Shown here: piece after piece, positions 57,794-59,156 of the stretch
How positions within the stretch are numbered: the first letter of the stretch is position 1
Layout of the letters: the number at the start of each line of letters is the position of its first letter
Assembly: GCA_029050705.1 (NCBI GenBank)
Contig: JAIDME010000194.1
Coordinates: 1-59,156 of the forward strand
Direction of reading: 5' to 3'
Source of the DNA: Acetatifactor sp.
GTDB taxonomy: Bacteria > Bacillota > Clostridia > Lachnospirales > Lachnospiraceae
DNA length: 59,156 nt
The notes under the pieces: model-generated
Database searches by the model: none
Told to the model about the DNA's origin: nothing
The model's input: only the letters and a program-made list of their open reading frames with translations
Position numbers and translations under genes: made by a program

Positions 57794-59156
57794 TTACTGT
57801 ATCTCCTCATTATCTAAACCGGTATACAATCTGTAATATGCTCCGCCTATTTCAATCAACTCATCATGGCTGCCCTTTTCAATGATGTTTCCCTTATCAA
57901 GTACATAGATACGATCATAATCACGGACTGTATTAAGCTTGTGCGCTATGGTGATTATTGTTTTATCGCCCAAAACATCATCAACCAGCTTTACTATCTC
58001 ATTCTCTGATTTCGGGTCTAAAGAAGAGGTGGGTTCATCCATCAGTACAATGTCACTTTCGCGCAAAAGCGCCCTTGCAATTGCAATCCTTTGTTTTTGG
58101 CCCCCCGAAAGATTGCTTCCTCCCTCTTCAAGCGTTGTCTGATACCCCTCCGGGAGTCCTTCAATATATTCCTTAAGCCCTACGGCCTGCATTGCCTGCT
58201 CTATATCTTCCTGTGCGGCGTTTCTGTTTCCGTAACGAAGGTTTTCTTCTATGGTATCCGGAAAAAGAAAGGTCTCCTGAGAAACGATTGAGAAGCATTT
58301 CCTCGCATCCTCCGGATTTATTTTCGAAAATGGAGTGCCATATAGATTGTAATCACCGTTTTCTATCGGATAAAGGCCTAAGATCAAATTGATCAGCGTG
58401 GTCTTGCCGCTGCCCGAACTGCCGACAAAAGCGACTCGTTCTCCTTTTTTTATATCGAAGGAGACATTTTTTATAGTATTTTCCGAACCTGAATATGCAA
58501 AGGAAACATTTTGAAACGAAACAGCTGTAACACTTTCTCTGTTCGGAATATTCTCTCCGCCGTATGTTTCTTCCGGCATATCCAGCAGAATCTTTAAACG
58601 TTCAACGCCCACGCCTGCTTTGCGCAGATCAACCAGAACGGAAGTGAAATTCGTCAGAGGCTGTGAAATAAACCCTAAAAGAACGATAAAGGAAACGAAA
58701 TCCTCTACAGCCAGGCTGCCGTGAAATGCCAGGTAGGCTGCAAAAATGCAGCATAATAAGACGGGCAATGATTGTATCACAAAAGAAAACGGTGTTATAA
58801 AAGATTCCTGCTTTTGCTGCTTTAAATCTACTGCCAGAATTCTGTCTATTGCATTTTTGGCATTTTTCAGGTTCCGTTCCTGCAGATTGAAACTTTTTTC
58901 CGTTTCTGTAGAAGCAAAAGACTCCTGAATAATATTTGTCAGTTTATCCTGTCTGCCCTTTTTCTCCCATGAAAGAGAGGAAATCTTTTTAAGAAAGACT
59001 CGAAAGATAAGTGTTGCGACGGGAATCCATAACATGGAAACAAGCAGCAGCTTCCAGTCAACAGTGCTCAGATAAGCCGCTATCACAATAATTATTATGC
59101 CATTCGATAAAACAGATGATAACAGTTTATCGATATAGTCGGCAGTGTCCTTAATG
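57794..59156 (-). CDS. ABC exporter, fused permease/ATPase (5' end outside window)
   Basis: GSSGSGKT, LSGGQ, LMDEPTS; frame open to the window edge; stop abuts the next ATG. Confidence 0.9.
   Translation of the reverse strand, partial: IKDTADYIDKLLSSVLSNGIIIIVIAAYLSTVDWKLLLVSMLWIPVATLIFRVFLKKISSLSWEKKGRQDKLTNIIQESFASTETEKSFNLQERNLKNAKNAIDRILAVDLKQQKQESFITPFSFVIQSLPVLLCCIFAAYLAFHGSLAVEDFVSFIVLLGFISQPLTNFTSVLVDLRKAGVGVERLKILLDMPEETYGGENIPNRESVTAVSFQNVSFAYSGSENTIKNVSFDIKKGERVAFVGSSGSGKTTLINLILGLYPIENGDYNLYGTPFSKINPEDARKCFSIVSQETFLFPDTIEENLRYGNRNAAQEDIEQAMQAVGLKEYIEGLPEGYQTTLEEGGSNLSGGQKQRIAIARALLRESDIVLMDEPTSSLDPKSENEIVKLVDDVLGDKTIITIAHKLNTVRDYDRIYVLDKGNIIEKGSHDELIEIGGAYYRLYTGLDNEEIQ

Noticed and set aside
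1-59156. CRISPR array, tRNA or rRNA genes
   Set aside because: No regularly spaced repeat-spacer series, cloverleaf or rRNA signature seen by eye.
56141-59156. ABC pair as part of a bacteriocin or RiPP cluster
   Set aside because: No peptidase domain, precursor or modification enzyme is visible, and the upstream context lies outside the window.

Overview
Chromosomal window from a Firmicute; gene content and order look like a gut Lachnospiraceae (inference). 1-11.5 kb is core housekeeping: ftsH, uvrC, hprK, ROK glucokinase, murB, rapZ, whiA, an HPr/Crh-like protein, a DagK-type lipid kinase and fba. 11.6-34.4 kb is a patchy accessory region: a DinJ-YafQ toxin-antitoxin pair, XRE regulators, GH95 and GH2 glycosidases, and a signalling cluster (LytTR regulators, AgrC-like kinases, chemoreceptors, a FliB flagellin methylase, MerR regulators, and an ECF sigma factor paired with a membrane protein carrying a catalytically dead M23 domain). 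34.6-41.3 kb holds a cyclophilin, a GNAT, an AmtB-PII fusion with an attenuator-like leader, a hydrolase, an aldo-keto reductase and DUF4272. About 41.4-55.2 kb is an AT-richer defence island: type I R-M (hsdM-hsdS-yhcG-hsdR), an OLD nuclease plus UvrD helicase pair (Gabija-like), decayed gene relics, and a coupled polynucleotide-kinase-like plus Thg1-like 3'-5' polymerase pair. The window ends with a MerR/GyrI regulator and a heterodimeric ABC exporter. No rRNA, tRNA, CRISPR array or intact integrase/transposase was seen. Best candidates for little-described systems are the kinase-Thg1 module at the island edge, the ECF/dead-M23 pair and the LytTR-kinase-MCP-FliB cluster. All calls come from motif reading by eye; no database searches were run.
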